A model generated the notes under the pieces. That model had not been told where the DNA came from, searched no databases, and was given only the letters and a program-made list of their open reading frames with translations. Of a DNA stretch of 64,000 nucleotides, positions 48,375-56,526 are shown one piece after another. Positions within the stretch are counted from its first letter, which is position 1. Every line of letters begins with the position of its first letter. The translations under genes were made by a program, and so were the position numbers. Origin of the DNA: Candidatus Paraprochloron terpiosi LD05 (lineage in GTDB: Bacteria > Cyanobacteriota > Cyanobacteriia > Cyanobacteriales > Prochloraceae); the NCBI GenBank assembly GCA_018141785.1, contig CP073341.1:1465422-1529421 (forward strand), read 5' to 3'.

Positions 48375-48403
48375 ATTATAACTAAAGCAAGTAAATTTGG
48401 CAA
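48375..48403 (-). promoter_or_regulatory. candidate sigma70-type promoter of the SMODS/4TM operon
   Basis: Minus strand: TTGCCA (48398-48403), a 17-nt spacer, then TATAAT (48375-48380). The -10 lies about 45 nt upstream of the ATG at 48330. Confidence 0.4.
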
Positions 48404-48452
48404 CTAGGGCACACTGTTATAATATTATAATTTTTCCATCCCCAACTCCAAC

Positions 48453-48810
48453 ATGAGCCAACCAACCATCCTCCAGCCTGACACCAGACAAACTATATTT
48501 TCCCTACTAGCAGAATTGAGCCAGGAAAAACTGTTACCCAGCCTCTTTCAGCACTGCTGTGGTGAGTCTGATGGTAGCCTTAACCAGCGCCCTACCAGAA
48601 ATCATTGCTACCCCACTCACTGCTCCCACGGCAATTCTAGCTATTATGGCAGCAAACTCAGTGGAAGAAATGGAAGGTTCTGCCACTTCAGAAGAAATTC
48701 TGATGACGGTTTTAGTGGCCATCGCCCTTTCTTCTTTCCTCACAGGTTCTTTCTTGCAACCAGATATCCTCAATTTTAGCCATACTGCCAGGGGCGATCG
48801 CAAACTCTAA
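48453..48810 (+). pseudogene. possible N-terminal remnant of a SulP-family anion transporter (frameshifted, truncated)
   Basis: Two overlapping frames join to MSQPTILQPDTRQTIFSLLAELSQEKLLPSL / VSLMVALTSALPEIIATPLTAPTAILAIMAANS...EEILMTVLVAIALSSFLTGSFL, resembling the first helices of SulP proteins. It stops after about 120 codons. Weak call. Confidence 0.3.
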
Positions 48811-48874
48811 TAATTGCGAAGCAACCGCGAAGCGTCCCAAACCTGAGCTAGAGGGTATTGGCTACTACTTTGCC

Positions 48875-48970
48875 TTAATGGGTATTTTCCACTCTTACAC
48901 GAATTTTCTGCTCGTAGATCTCGTCTCCCCGTCGGGCGATTTCTTCAAGAGGATAACGTGGAGTTTCCAT
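48875..48970 (-). pseudogene. remnant of the GKIVAIDI small-protein family (copy 5)
   Basis: METPRYPLEEIARRGDEIYEQKIRVRVENTH, then TAA, then GKVVA..., after which the sequence runs into a GCGAAGC dispersed repeat. Confidence 0.4.
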
Positions 48971-49090
48971 AATCGTTCAAAATTCAGCACTATTATAGTA
49001 TAATTAAACCAAACCCACAACCCAATTCTTGCTTTGAGTGCTATATTTGGGGTAGTATGAGTTAGAGGAAATTAGATATAATTTTTAATT

Positions 49091-49504
49091 ATGGCAGAAG
49101 AAACCAAACCTAAGGCGAAAGCAAAGACAGCGAAAGCTAAGAAACCCAAGCTGGAGGATAAGCCTTTTGTTGAATTTATACAAGAGCATTTCATCCCTGG
49201 GTTGCAGAAAGCCTTTACCAGTCAGGGTATTGGGGATATGAAGTTAGCTTTTAGCCAGGAGAAGCTAGGAGAGGAAGAATGCTGGCAGGTTATGGGGAAT
49301 TGGCCAAAGGGCGACCGCCAATTCAATCTTTATTTTCTGGAGGAAAGTATTCAGGGGAAAAAAGCCTTTTCTTGTGCTACTAATGGAGGTAAACCGAGCA
49401 CTATAGAATCTTTTATGATTGACGAGCGCCGGGTTACTTTAGATTTAATAGTATTGTACACCTTGCAACGGTTAAATGGTCAAAAATGGTTGGCACGAAA
49501 TTAG
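49091..49504 (+). CDS. DUF2996-like cyanobacterial protein
   Basis: Lys-rich N-terminus, then EDKPFVEFIQEHFIPGLQKAF...CWQVMGNW...QRLNGQKWL. Family assigned from memory. Confidence 0.5.
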   Translation: MAEETKPKAKAKTAKAKKPKLEDKPFVEFIQEHFIPGLQKAFTSQGIGDMKLAFSQEKLGEEECWQVMGNWPKGDRQFNLYFLEESIQGKKAFSCATNGGKPSTIESFMIDERRVTLDLIVLYTLQRLNGQKWLARN

Positions 49505-49536
49505 CACGTACCATGACAGTGGTAGGGGCGATTACA

Positions 49537-50403
49537 CTAAAATTGACTCAGCCAATTTAAAATTAGCTCATTAACTAGCTTGGGTTTTTCATCGTGAGGA
49601 CAATGACCTGCATAAGGAATAGAGTAAAATGCACTATTGGGTAGTTCTTTATAAATTCCAGCCACCTTAATCGGTGTCCAAGGATCCTCTTCCCCCCACA
49701 ATACTAACAAAGGATGTTGCAATTTGGGCAATAATTCCTGGGGAGTCGGTCCTGGTGGTGCCGTTAATACGGAAGCAAACACCTCTTGCGCTCCAGGATC
49801 GCAGGAAGGTTGGTACAAAATATCTACTAATTCCTCCGTCACTGCTTCTCGGTTGCGGTAAACTTGATAGAGAGTCTTACGTATACGCTGTTTTTTCCGA
49901 ATATTATTGAAAATGAACTTCCCCGTTATGGGGGAACTGACTAACTTGGTAAAAGCTCCCATGATAAATCTGAGAGGTAAATTTAGCTCATTAGGACGGT
50001 GATTAAGTCCTCCAGCACAATTAATTAGTACTCCACCTCTAGTAATTTCTGGATAATCACTCATCACCATTAAAGTTAGCAATCCACCGATAGAGTTGCC
50101 GATAAATACAGTGGGTTCTTGGATCTGAGCTTCCCAGAAGTCTTTAATTTGCTTTTGCCATAATTCTAAACTATAGTTTGCGGCTGGTTTTGCCGCACCG
50201 CCAAATCCCAACAAGTCCATAGCAAATACTTTGTAGCCCTGGTCTGCGAGGACCGGGATGTTTTTGCGCCAGTGTCCGATAGAAGCGCCGAAACCGTGAA
50301 TTAAGAGCAAAGGCTGTCCCCTTCCCATAACTGTATAGGGAATTTCGTAGCCTTGCCAAGTCCAAGTATTCAGTTGGAGATTTGCCATTAAGGTAGCAGT
50401 CAT
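49537..50403 (-). CDS. alpha/beta-fold hydrolase
   Basis: LLLIHGFGASIGHWRKNIP, the nucleophile elbow GNSIGG, and a C-terminal histidine in GHCPHDE. The likely start is the ATG at 50403. Confidence 0.75.
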   Translation of the reverse strand: MTATLMANLQLNTWTWQGYEIPYTVMGRGQPLLLIHGFGASIGHWRKNIPVLADQGYKVFAMDLLGFGGAAKPAANYSLELWQKQIKDFWEAQIQEPTVFIGNSIGGLLTLMVMSDYPEITRGGVLINCAGGLNHRPNELNLPLRFIMGAFTKLVSSPITGKFIFNNIRKKQRIRKTLYQVYRNREAVTEELVDILYQPSCDPGAQEVFASVLTAPPGPTPQELLPKLQHPLLVLWGEEDPWTPIKVAGIYKELPNSAFYSIPYAGHCPHDEKPKLVNELILNWLSQF

Positions 50404-50405
50404 GG

Positions 50406-50663
50406 TTAATTTACATGAAGTTGAGGTTTTATTGGTAACTTCCAAGACCGTCCTTGACAAGTTATTTGATTATCTTTAATTGTAACACCAAAGACAAGCC
50501 GTCCCAAGGCAAAAAATTCCTTCTTTTCTGCTGCTGTGAGATATTTATCATCGGCAGAATGGTGAGGATCGCCTCCAGACTCTAAATATCTTTGTCTTGC
50601 TAAATCTGAAAGTTCTATCATTCTTTGATATTGCTGCTTTTCCAAGTTTGTATGTTCTTTCAT
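50406..50663 (-). CDS. hypothetical protein
   Basis: 85-aa ORF ending 2 nt before the hydrolase start. No motif recognised. Confidence 0.3.
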   Translation of the reverse strand: MKEHTNLEKQQYQRMIELSDLARQRYLESGGDPHHSADDKYLTAAEKKEFFALGRLVFGVTIKDNQITCQGRSWKLPIKPQLHVN

Positions 50664-51120
50664 TTCTATTTACTCCAATAAGTGGGTAAAATATCCCCAT
50701 TGGTTAAGATTATAGCAAGAGGCAGAAGCTCACTGGGAGTAAAAATGTAATAAATTCCTGTATCCGGCTCTAAAATTCGCTGTTCTAATAATGCCAAAGT
50801 TTCCAAAGCCGCAATAATTAACAATTGAGCATCTTTTTCTCGGGGCTGGTTTTGGGATAAATTGACTCTAGCAACCTCACCACTGGGTAAAACTATTGCG
50901 CTTAGGGAGAACTGAGCTAGAAGTGCGAATATACCAATTTCCAGTATCGGAATTAAAAGTCTGCTGGATCAGAAAGTCTAAGGTTTCCAGTGCATTGAGG
51001 ATCAGATATTGAGCTTCTGTCGGTTCCATCAGGGATTCATGGGTCTTTCTACTTGAGCAATCCTACTGTACCGTCAATTAATGATAGCATAGTGAGAAAG
51101 GAAAAAACAGCGATCAAACC

Positions 51121-51489
51121 ATGCAGGTATATATTCTACTGTACAATGCCAGGACGGAAAACGAAGGGATCCACACAGTTCAAATGGGGGACGTCAATAA
51201 AGTGCTAATGTTCACAGAAGAGGACGACGCCATTCGCTATGCTTTAATGTTGGAAGCTCAAGATTTTCCCTACCCCGATGTGGAAGCGTTCGATTCTGAG
51301 GAAATTGAGGATTTTTGCCGCAGCGCGGGTTACGAGGGTAAAATTGTGAGGAAAGGAGAATTAGCTATTCCACCAGAAAACAATCTTGAGGAGACAGACT
51401 GGAACCCCGAGTCTCCACCAAAAACAGAATATGAGACGTCCAACCCGGAATTAAATGAAATTCGTAAGCGATTAGAAGGTTTGTTATAA
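51121..51489 (+). CDS. DUF3110-like protein
   Basis: MQVYILLYNARTENEGIHT...LMFTEEDDAIRYALMLEAQDFP. Family assigned from memory. Confidence 0.5.
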   Translation: MQVYILLYNARTENEGIHTVQMGDVNKVLMFTEEDDAIRYALMLEAQDFPYPDVEAFDSEEIEDFCRSAGYEGKIVRKGELAIPPENNLEETDWNPESPPKTEYETSNPELNEIRKRLEGLL

Positions 51490-51491
51490 TA

Positions 51492-52412
51492 ATGGAGAAC
51501 AGAGGTCATTTGCTGACAGAGCAGCTAAACCCCAATAGTCAGAACTTAGATCAGCTGACTTCTCTGGAAATAGTGGATTTGTTTAATAAAGAAGACGCTA
51601 AAACCCTAGAAGCCATAGCCAATGCTCGTCAGGAGTTAGCTAGAGCCATCGATCTCACTGCCGAAGCTCTCCGTGGCGGTGGTAGGCTTTTATACGTAGG
51701 AGCTGGTACTAGCGGACGCTTAGGGGTATTAGATGCTGCGGAATGTCCCCCCACCTTTTGTACTCCAGAGGAACTTGTACAGGGCATTATCGCTGGGGGA
51801 TCCGGTGCTTTGGTGCGCAGTTCAGAAAACTTGGAAGATAACAGGTCAGATGGAGCCTCAGCTATTGCTCAAAGAGAAATCTCCCAGTTGGACGTGGTGA
51901 TGGGTATTAGTGCAGGGGGGACCACACCCTATGTGCAAGGGGCGATCCAGGCAGCCATTGAACGGGGTGCCACTACTATTTATCTCAGTTGCGTCCCTGT
52001 AGACCAAGTGAGTATTCCTGTGGATGTGGATCTGCGCTTGCTGGTGGGTGCAGAAATATTGGCTGGTTCCACCCGACTGAAAGCAGGAACGGTGACAAAA
52101 ATGGCCTTAAATATTATTTCTACTGGTGTTATGATAAAACTTGGTAAGGTTTACGGCAATCGCATGGTAGATGTGTCCGTCACCAACAACAAGCTCCGGG
52201 ATAGGGCTTTGCGTATTATTAGCGACCTGACGGACTTGAGTAGGGAAGAGGCGGGAGATTTGCTGGAACGCAGCAACAATAAAGTTAAGTTATGCTTATT
52301 GATGCACTGGACAGGAGTGGATGAGGCAACGGGCGATCGCCTCTTAACCGAAAACCAAGGGGACCTTCGCACCGCTTTAACACGTACCATGAAAGTTGCC
52401 AGTAGTTGTTAA
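51492..52412 (+). CDS. murQ: N-acetylmuramic acid 6-phosphate etherase
   Basis: SIS domain with GAGTSGRLGVLDAAECPPTF, and GSTRLKAGTVTKMALN. Confidence 0.85.
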   Translation: MENRGHLLTEQLNPNSQNLDQLTSLEIVDLFNKEDAKTLEAIANARQELARAIDLTAEALRGGGRLLYVGAGTSGRLGVLDAAECPPTFCTPEELVQGIIAGGSGALVRSSENLEDNRSDGASAIAQREISQLDVVMGISAGGTTPYVQGAIQAAIERGATTIYLSCVPVDQVSIPVDVDLRLLVGAEILAGSTRLKAGTVTKMALNIISTGVMIKLGKVYGNRMVDVSVTNNKLRDRALRIISDLTDLSREEAGDLLERSNNKVKLCLLMHWTGVDEATGDRLLTENQGDLRTALTRTMKVASSC

Positions 52413-52478
52413 TTTAGCCGGACTTGCGGGCGGTTAGAACACATTCAGATGACGAATAAATCCTCAATTCTTCTTCTT

Positions 52479-52505
52479 CACACCCCACACCCCACACCGA
52501 ACACC
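52479..52505. repeat. heptameric STRR-like repeat (CACACCC)n
   Basis: cacaccc cacaccc cacaccg aacacc, 32 nt upstream of the S2P gene. It is the reverse complement type of the repeat at 54003-54044. Confidence 0.8.
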
Positions 52506-52536
52506 ATAGACCCGCGCTTGGGCGCTATACCAAATA

Positions 52537-54003
52537 ATGCAGACTACACCAATAGTATTAATTTTCCTCGTCGCTCTGGGCTTACTCTTTTGGGGCTACA
52601 AAAGAGCGCAACCCTACGGTAAATTTGGCATTCTCACCTGGTTGCAGTCCGTGGTCCTCATGGCGTCCCTTCTCTTTGTCGGTTTCTTTATCCTGGGTAT
52701 CTACCTCAATATTGCCGCTTTTCTCCTGCTTTTAGTTGCTTCAGTAATAGCCTATATCTGTTTAGGCAGGAGTCTCAGAGCTGAGGGTCAAGATATGATG
52801 CGGCAACAACCAGCTATAACTCCCCTAGAAAGGGAAACAACCCCCAAGGAGCAAGATAATATAGCACCGTCGGGCTTACCCATAGACCCTGAAGAGCTGA
52901 AAATCATCCAAGGTATTTTTGGGATCGACACCTTCTTCGCCACAGAAACCATTCCCTATCTAGAAGGAGCTATCTTTAAAGGTAATCTGCGGGGGGAAAC
53001 AGAGTTCGTTCATACTCGTCTCTCAGAGAAGTTAAAAGAGAGTTTGGGGGAAAAATACCGCCTGTTCCTCGTGGAAGGTCCGGAAGATAAACCAGTGGTG
53101 GTTGTCCTCCCCAGTAGCAATGATCCTCAACCTGCTACCCTAGGACAGAAAAATTTAGCCTTAGTTCTCTTCGTTGCTACTATTGCTACCAGTTTGGAAG
53201 CAAGTTCCCTGTTGCAAGGTTTCGATTTCTTCAACGAACTGGGTCGATTTGGAGAAGCTCTTCCCTTAGCTTTGGGACTGTGGACCGTATTAGCTGCTCA
53301 TGAAATCGGTCATCGAATTTGGGGGAGGAGATATAATATTATTATGGGTTTGCCCTTTTTCATCCCTAGTTGGCAAATCGGTTCTTTTGGTGCCATTACC
53401 CGTTTCCAGTCTGTTATCCCTAACCGCACTGCCCTCTTCGAGATTGCCTTAGCAGGACCAGCACTGGGGGGGATTGTATCTCTATTCATCTTCATACTAG
53501 GCTTGATTCTTTCCCACCCCGGGAGTGCTTTTCAAATTCCCACCCCATTTTTCCATAATTCTATTTTAGTGGGAATCTTGGGACGAGTGGTTTTGGGTTC
53601 GGCTTTGCAAGGTGAGGTAGTGGGGGTCAACCCCTTGACTATGGTGGGTTGGTTGGGCTTAACTATTACTGCCTTAAATCTTATACCTGCGGGACAATTA
53701 GATGGAGGTAGAATAGTACAAAGCATTTACGGACGACCAATTGCCAGAAGGGCCACTATCACCACTCTCGTTATTTTAGGTATTGTGGCTTTCTTTAATC
53801 CTGCTAATCCCATTCCTTTATATTGGGGAATTTTCATTATTTTCTTGCAGCGAGATTTAGAAAAACCTTGTCTGAATGAATTAACAGAACCGGACGATAC
53901 TAGGGCAGGTTTAGCTCTTTTAGCTCTCTTTTTGATGCTGGCAATTCTGATTCCTTTAAGTCCCAGTTTATCAGTAAATCTCGGTATTGGCACAGGTTTG
54001 TAG
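52537..54003 (+). CDS. site-2 protease family (M50) membrane metalloprotease
   Basis: HEIGHRIWGRR (HExxH) in a TM segment, NLIPAGQLDGGRI, and multiple TM helices. Confidence 0.8.
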   Translation: MQTTPIVLIFLVALGLLFWGYKRAQPYGKFGILTWLQSVVLMASLLFVGFFILGIYLNIAAFLLLLVASVIAYICLGRSLRAEGQDMMRQQPAITPLERETTPKEQDNIAPSGLPIDPEELKIIQGIFGIDTFFATETIPYLEGAIFKGNLRGETEFVHTRLSEKLKESLGEKYRLFLVEGPEDKPVVVVLPSSNDPQPATLGQKNLALVLFVATIATSLEASSLLQGFDFFNELGRFGEALPLALGLWTVLAAHEIGHRIWGRRYNIIMGLPFFIPSWQIGSFGAITRFQSVIPNRTALFEIALAGPALGGIVSLFIFILGLILSHPGSAFQIPTPFFHNSILVGILGRVVLGSALQGEVVGVNPLTMVGWLGLTITALNLIPAGQLDGGRIVQSIYGRPIARRATITTLVILGIVAFFNPANPIPLYWGIFIIFLQRDLEKPCLNELTEPDDTRAGLALLALFLMLAILIPLSPSLSVNLGIGTGL

Positions 54004-54044
54004 TGTGGGTGTAGGGTGTGGGGTTTGAGGTTTGGGGTTTGGGG
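54003..54044. repeat. heptameric STRR-like G-rich repeat, six units
   Basis: gtgtggg tgtaggg tgtgggg tttgagg tttgggg tttgggg, starting at the last base of the S2P stop codon. Confidence 0.85.
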
Positions 54045-54080
54045 CTAATATCTAAATTGCAGCAACAAATTCCCTAACAG

Positions 54081-54299
54081 TTAGTCCAGCAGTGCGGATG
54101 AGATATCTACTTGACGAGTCTCTATGGTAAGTGGTAACAAGAGCGGTGCGCGGACTTGTAAACAAGCAGCAATAGCATCCTTAATATTATCTAAAGCTTC
54201 TGACTTTGTCTGACCCTGACTAACACAACCAGGGATACTAGGACATTCCACAATCCATACACCATCTTCATCCCGATCTATCGTTACATTTAACTTCAT
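54081..54299 (-). CDS. hicB: HicB-family antitoxin (orphan)
   Basis: MKLNVTIDRDEDGVWIVECPSIPGCVSQGQTKSEALDNIKDAIAACLQVR. Confidence 0.7.
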   Translation of the reverse strand: MKLNVTIDRDEDGVWIVECPSIPGCVSQGQTKSEALDNIKDAIAACLQVRAPLLLPLTIETRQVDISSALLD

Positions 54300-54335
54300 A
54301 AGCCCACTAATAACTGCTTACTGGTCACTGTTTAA

Positions 54336-54407
54336 TGGGTCGCCTGGGATTCGAACCCAGAACTTGCCGGTTAAAAGCCGGATACTCTACCATTGAGTTA
54401 GCGACCC
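54336..54407 (-). tRNA. tRNA-Lys (anticodon UUU), no encoded CCA
   Basis: GGGTCGC TA ACTC AATGGTA GAGT A TCCGG CTTTTAA CCGGC AAGTT CTGGG TTCGAAT CCCAG GCGACCC A. The cloverleaf was folded by hand. The anticodon loop is CUUUUAA. Confidence 0.9.
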
Positions 54408-54441
54408 GTAAGGAGACTACATTTTCTCCACACTATTTGCT

Positions 54442-54470
54442 AATGTAACACTGATTTTCACCCTTGTCAA
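54442..54470 (-). promoter_or_regulatory. candidate promoter of tRNA-Lys
   Basis: Minus strand: TTGACA (54465-54470), a 17-nt spacer, then TACATT (54442-54447). The -10 lies about 35 nt upstream of the mature tRNA 5' end. Confidence 0.45.
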
Positions 54471-54638
54471 GGAAAAAAGCCAAAAAAATCAAAAAAAAGT
54501 TTGCCGTTAGCTCTATCCAAGTCTCCAATGAGGTTTCAGGCTCCAAGCGAGTCAGTTGTTCACCACTATTGAGGGCATTGCGGGGGGCGCTCCAAGGTTC
54601 GAGACAAACGTAATCTTTGCCTTTGACGGTCCAGAAGA

Positions 54639-55331
54639 CTAGAGTGGAGAAAAGGGAGCGTCACAAAGTTGAGATAAGTAAAAAGCGATCGCAGCGCTGC
54701 CAATAGGTACAGTAAGATTGTCCACACCTAACTTAGAGATAGTTTCCAAGGAAGCCGCTACTACTGCTACTATGAGGCATATTAACCAACTGTGCCAGAT
54801 ATTTTCAGCCCCAGGGAGGAGAATGAGACAGGAGATGAAATGACTTACTATAGCCATTGTTCCAGAACCTTCCCAGCTTTTGGTCATTCCCAGGACTTGG
54901 TAGGGGTGTTTGCCGTAACGTTGACCGATAATAGCAGCCATACCATCTCCCCAAGCCATGACTAAAATGCCTATAACTGCGTATTGGGGTAGATGTTCAG
55001 ACCAAAACCAAGCCACTAAGACACCAAAACTGATAGCATAGAATAGAGTCCCTAGGCTTTTCCGTCCCACACTATTGATTGAAGGGAGAATGGGGATAAA
55101 ATAAGAGGTGAGAGCTATCGTTCCCGTAATAATCGCTGCCCCTACACCTACCCAACCAGGAATATTTAGCCACCATGCTAATAAGATAACATTGCCAGCC
55201 CCGATGTGTACCACTTTCCTGGTTAGCTCTTGATCGTCTGTAATGAGTTGATTCAGTCTTTCGGCGATCGCTACAATCACCACTAGGAAGATAATAATGA
55301 GAGTGAGGGAAAGGGGTAAAGGGGTTTCCAT
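54639..55331 (-). CDS. phytol/polyprenol kinase family membrane protein (VTE5-like)
   Basis: 230 aa, multi-TM. RKVVHIGAGNV and GDGMAAIIGQRYG are typical of the CTP-dependent dolichol/phytol kinase family. Confidence 0.6.
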   Translation of the reverse strand: METPLPLSLTLIIIFLVVIVAIAERLNQLITDDQELTRKVVHIGAGNVILLAWWLNIPGWVGVGAAIITGTIALTSYFIPILPSINSVGRKSLGTLFYAISFGVLVAWFWSEHLPQYAVIGILVMAWGDGMAAIIGQRYGKHPYQVLGMTKSWEGSGTMAIVSHFISCLILLPGAENIWHSWLICLIVAVVAASLETISKLGVDNLTVPIGSAAIAFYLSQLCDAPFSPL

Positions 55332-55417
55332 AACACGTACCGTGTACCATGAGAAGTCAGCACTCTAGATTTTATCTCCTTACCCTATAATAGTAGGGAG
55401 CAAGTCAGAGAAGCAAA

Positions 55418-56347
55418 GTGGGAAATAACCAACAATCAATTCCTGAAGCACCAGAAGGATTCAGATCTGGATTTGTCGGTATTATCGGTAGACCAAATGT
55501 CGGCAAATCCACCATAATGAATCAACTGGTAGGGGAAAAAATCGCCATTACTTCCCCCGTCCCCCAAACAACCCGCAACCGCTTACGGGGTATTCTCACT
55601 ACCAAAGAAGCGCAGTTAATTTTTGTGGATACCCCAGGGATCCACAAACCCCATCACCAACTGGGTAAAGTATTGGTAGAAAATGCCCTTAGGGCAATTA
55701 ATGCAGTAGATATAGTACTATTCGTCGTGGATAGTTCCGTAAAATTAGGAAAAGGCGATCGTTTCATTGTCCAACTCCTCCAACAGACCAAAAACCCAAT
55801 AATCTTAGGACTAAATAAATCCGATCTCCAACCAATCAATCCTGGGGAACTAGATGCAAGTTATGCCAAAATAGCCGAAGAGCAAGGTTGGTCTTTCGTT
55901 AAATTTTCTGCATCAACTAAACAATGCTTAAATACTTTACAGTATAACTTAATTTCTAAACTAGATAGTGGCCCTTACTATTATTCGCCGGATTTAATCA
56001 CAGACCAACCCGAACGCTTTATCATGGGGGAATTGATTCGAGAGCAAATATTACTCCACACCCGGCAGGAAATTCCCCACTCAGTAATGATCGCCATCAA
56101 AAAAATAGAAGAAGTTAAGTCAATAACTAGGATTATAGCAGCAATTAATGTAGAGCGCGACTCGCAAAAAGGTATTTTAATTGGGAAAGCAGGAAAAATG
56201 CTGAAAACAATTGGTACATCGGCGCGACAGGAAATGGAAAAGTTAATTGTGGGAAAAGTTTACCTGAAATTATTTGTTAAAGTAACGCCTAAATGGCGAC
56301 AATCGCCACAGCGATTAGCTGAGTTCGGCTATAACTTAGAAAATTAA
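55418..56347 (+). CDS. era: GTPase Era
   Basis: GRPNVGKST, DTPGIHKP, NKSD and a C-terminal KH domain. Confidence 0.9.
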   Translation: MGNNQQSIPEAPEGFRSGFVGIIGRPNVGKSTIMNQLVGEKIAITSPVPQTTRNRLRGILTTKEAQLIFVDTPGIHKPHHQLGKVLVENALRAINAVDIVLFVVDSSVKLGKGDRFIVQLLQQTKNPIILGLNKSDLQPINPGELDASYAKIAEEQGWSFVKFSASTKQCLNTLQYNLISKLDSGPYYYSPDLITDQPERFIMGELIREQILLHTRQEIPHSVMIAIKKIEEVKSITRIIAAINVERDSQKGILIGKAGKMLKTIGTSARQEMEKLIVGKVYLKLFVKVTPKWRQSPQRLAEFGYNLEN

Positions 56348-56526
56348 AGCGGACTGATAAAATTAAAAATAAAAGAGTTAAGCTAGAGAGAATCAATCCC
56401 TGACGAATGCAAGATTTGCTATAATAAGAATATATGAAGAGAAGGTGCCCCGCAAAGCCCCGCGCAATGGCTGTGGGAAGCTACCGATTAAAGTAAAAAC
56501 ACTTAAATGACACGGATTACCCAGCT

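Noticed and set aside
50664-51060. Two tandem, mutually similar small reading frames on the minus strand (MEPTEAQYLILNALETLDFLIQQTFNSDTGNWYI... and ...DAQLLIIAALETLALLEQRILEPDTGIYYIFTPSELLPLAIILTNGDILPTYWSK)
   Set aside because: The first is cut short by a frameshift, the second has no usable start codon, and I recognise no family. They are probably decayed paralogues, with too little support to annotate as genes.
54003-54044. TTTGGGG-type repeats reminiscent of ciliate telomeres
   Set aside because: The context (HIP1 sites, flanking bacterial genes, a complementary CACACCC repeat upstream) shows that they are cyanobacterial heptameric STRR-type repeats, not eukaryotic contamination.
54371-54377. 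First reading of the tRNA anticodon loop suggested a UUA (ochre-suppressor) anticodon
   Set aside because: Re-folding the cloverleaf places the 7-nt loop as CUUUUAA, with anticodon UUU (Lys). The body also resembles tRNA-Lys. It is not a suppressor.
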